DNA of 64,000 nucleotides from NCBI GenBank assembly GCA_963812155.1, contig CAWETW010000002.1, forward strand, positions 96,001-160,000, given 5' to 3'. The notes below the pieces were generated by a model. It made no database searches. It worked only from the letters and a program-made list of their open reading frames with translations, and was not told where the DNA came from. Position numbers and translations under genes: made by a program. Source of the stretch: Vulcanimicrobiota bacterium (lineage in GTDB: Bacteria > Vulcanimicrobiota > Vulcanimicrobiia > Vulcanimicrobiales > Vulcanimicrobiaceae). Below, one piece after another: positions 61,921-64,000 of the stretch. The number at the start of each line of letters is the position of its first letter. Position 1 is the first letter of the stretch.

Positions 61921-62511
61921 ATGAGCGTTATTGACCTCCAAACGAGGGACGTCACAGCCATCGAGATTGCACTGGATCTGGAAATACCGCGTTTGTTGGA
62001 TTCCTCGCAGTTTTTCTTTTCCGGGCCGTCCGAGCCGCGCATTTGCCTCATCGCGGGTTTTGCTCTCACCGCGCAATTGAAACTCACGGTCGCCGCCGTC
62101 GGCCGGGCGGTGCCGGCGCGAATGCCTTCCCGCGTCCAAGTCACTTTCGCGAATTCGCGCTCGCCGACGCTACCCGGAGCTAGTGGGATCACGATCCAAC
62201 CAATGCTCGCTCTTTTACGTTTGCAATCGAGACTGGTTCGCGCTATCGAACCAGGCTTGGCCAATGAAGTCGTTTCGTTTCGTACGAAGCGCGAGATGGA
62301 AGAAAGCGCCGCGCAGTTCATCAGCGGCTTCATCAATCGCAAGACCCTTCCGACGTTCGAGCCGCCTAGGGCATTCGCCGACTTCGACGCGACGGAGTTG
62401 AACGTAACCGGGCTCACGATTTATCGCTTAGGGCGCGGCGGCGCACCGGAATCGATCCTCGCGCACTGGGCCGGCGTCCAAGTCGCTGCAACGCTCCGGA
62501 ATCCCGACTAA
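61921..62511 (+). CDS. Hypothetical protein, possibly degenerate 2H-phosphoesterase-like
   Basis: VTAIEIAL N-terminus, IYRLGRGG C-terminus; no HxT motifs. Confidence 0.55.
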   Translation: MSVIDLQTRDVTAIEIALDLEIPRLLDSSQFFFSGPSEPRICLIAGFALTAQLKLTVAAVGRAVPARMPSRVQVTFANSRSPTLPGASGITIQPMLALLRLQSRLVRAIEPGLANEVVSFRTKREMEESAAQFISGFINRKTLPTFEPPRAFADFDATELNVTGLTIYRLGRGGAPESILAHWAGVQVAATLRNPD

Positions 62512-62523
62512 AGGAATTACGAC

Positions 62524-63408
62524 ATGCGCGCAATGGCTATTGCTTTCTCAGCGCTGGCGGCCACGGTAATGTACTTTACGACCTGCACCGCTTCAGACGC
62601 TCAGCCTACGCCCGAAAGCACGCCGGATAGCGGCGTAACCTCGCCATCGCCCGCACCTTTGCCGGCTGCCGAGAACTCCGCGGCGCCTCAGACGTCTGCG
62701 TCGCCCCAAAGCTTTGCGGTGCCGACGGAGCCTCCGCTCTACCAAATGAACGACGATATCTTTACGATCGACCGCGACGCGACGCTATTCTACTACTTCC
62801 AAGGAAATAACGATGGAACCGGCAAGGCCAAGTACGAGTTTCGGTACGGCAGAAATCTCTGGAACGACAACGCGCAGATACGGATACGAATTCCAGTCTT
62901 AACGAAGTTTCCGGTCGACGGTGATCCGTATTCGGGGCTCGGCAACATTGAGCTCGGTTATTCGTACAACGTGTCGTCTCCGACGTTCGATCACTCGCTC
63001 GAAATACGCGGCTCGTTTGCGACCGCGGCGAACAACGTGTCCAGCAACGACACGCAGCTTAAGGCGTTCTATACCACCAAGTGGAAATGGAAAGGCGGCT
63101 CGATCGCCTATGCGAACGAGTACGATCAGACCGTCATCCAGCCGCCGGGTTCATCGTACACGAGCTATTACGAAGGTAAGCTCACCCTCCCGGAATATGC
63201 CTTCAAGACGTTGCGCGGACTAAAGTTTTCGGCGTTCTACAACTACCGTGTGCTCTTCGACTCGGGAGGCATTTGGAAGGGCGCGCTTGGCGGCACGATC
63301 TTCGGCAACATGAAAGACGTCGCACTGTCGCTCACCGATTCGTGGGGCATCGGCGACCACGGGCTGTGGAAATACAAGTTCGAAGCCAATGCGACGGCGA
63401 GATTCTAG
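62524..63408 (+). CDS. Secreted/outer-membrane beta-barrel-like protein
   Basis: AAGGA RBS, signal peptide, Pro/Ser linker, alternating aromatic strands, C-terminal Phe. Confidence 0.65.
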   Translation: MRAMAIAFSALAATVMYFTTCTASDAQPTPESTPDSGVTSPSPAPLPAAENSAAPQTSASPQSFAVPTEPPLYQMNDDIFTIDRDATLFYYFQGNNDGTGKAKYEFRYGRNLWNDNAQIRIRIPVLTKFPVDGDPYSGLGNIELGYSYNVSSPTFDHSLEIRGSFATAANNVSSNDTQLKAFYTTKWKWKGGSIAYANEYDQTVIQPPGSSYTSYYEGKLTLPEYAFKTLRGLKFSAFYNYRVLFDSGGIWKGALGGTIFGNMKDVALSLTDSWGIGDHGLWKYKFEANATARF

Positions 63409-63447
63409 CATGACGATCGCGATTCACGTGAACGGGCACGTCGCGCA

Positions 63448-64000
63448 ATGATCGCTTGGTTCGTATCCACCCTGCAGCACAACGCGGAGCTCGCAATTTT
63501 TTTAACGCTCGCGATCGGGTATTTGGTCGGGCCGTTAAAAATTGTGGGGTTCAATCTCGGCAACGTGACGACGACCCTGCTCGCCGGCGTGCTCGTCGGT
63601 CAGCTGAATATTCCGATTCCAGGGCCGCTCAAAGCCTTCGTTTTTCTGCTCTTCCTCTTCGCGGTCGGGTATAAGGTTGGGCCGCAGTTTTTCGCCGGAC
63701 TGAGGCGTGACGGCGCTACGCAAATCGTCTTTGCGGTCTTTACGTGTTTGGTGATGCTTGCGATGGTAACGGCGTTTGCCAGCATCGTGCACTTCAACGT
63801 CGGCGAAGCGGCCGGGCTTCTTTCGGGCTCGCTCACGCAGTCGGCAGCCATCGGAACGGCAAGCGACGCGATCGGACGCCTTAGCCTGGATCCCGCGGTC
63901 ACGAAGACGCTGCAAGATCAGATCGCGGTCGGCTACGCCGTTGCCTACGTCATCGCTACCACGACCGGCGTGCTGGTTTGCTCGCGGCTCGTTCCGGCTC
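63448..64000 (+). CDS. aspT: Aspartate:alanine antiporter AspT/YidE family (3' truncated)
   Basis: ELAIFLTLAIGY, FLFAVGYKVGPQFF, AAGLLSGSLTQSAAIGTA, AVGYAVAY; open to window end, absent from ORF track. Confidence 0.85.
   Translation, partial: MIAWFVSTLQHNAELAIFLTLAIGYLVGPLKIVGFNLGNVTTTLLAGVLVGQLNIPIPGPLKAFVFLLFLFAVGYKVGPQFFAGLRRDGATQIVFAVFTCLVMLAMVTAFASIVHFNVGEAAGLLSGSLTQSAAIGTASDAIGRLSLDPAVTKTLQDQIAVGYAVAYVIATTTGVLVCSRLVPA

Overview
High-GC bacterial chromosome segment. Gene content (sepF/divIVA/yggS, csaB+DUF5693, lgt/lspA, many secreted lipoproteins) suggests a Terrabacteria lineage, possibly Vulcanimicrobiota/Eremiobacterota; this is inference only. 1-26 kb is mostly housekeeping (tpiA, gpmI, fabH, leuB, divIVA, sepF, yggS, lgt, ccdA, lspA, rluD, tgt, ileS, csaB, ctpA, sua5, tRNA-Val) plus a small flgF-flgG-flgJ-like-fliA cluster. 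26-64 kb is accessory: three paralogous secreted phosphoesterases, a type III PKS-sulfotransferase pair, an ECF42-like sigma with DGPF/YciI partner and promoter, a Dyp peroxidase/transhydrogenase-like operon and a partial aspT. Best leads: a promoter-driven ~160-nt structured RNA with a possible pseudoknot upstream of DUF5693-csaB-ileS, a 40-aa metallothionein missed by the ORF track, the PKS-sulfotransferase pair with a 35-bp palindrome, a membrane protein with PmoC/AmoC-like metal motifs, and the Dyp operon. Several single-base frameshifts suggest assembly indel errors. No CRISPR array, rRNA, integrase or transposase was seen. All product calls come from motif recognition by eye; no searches were run.
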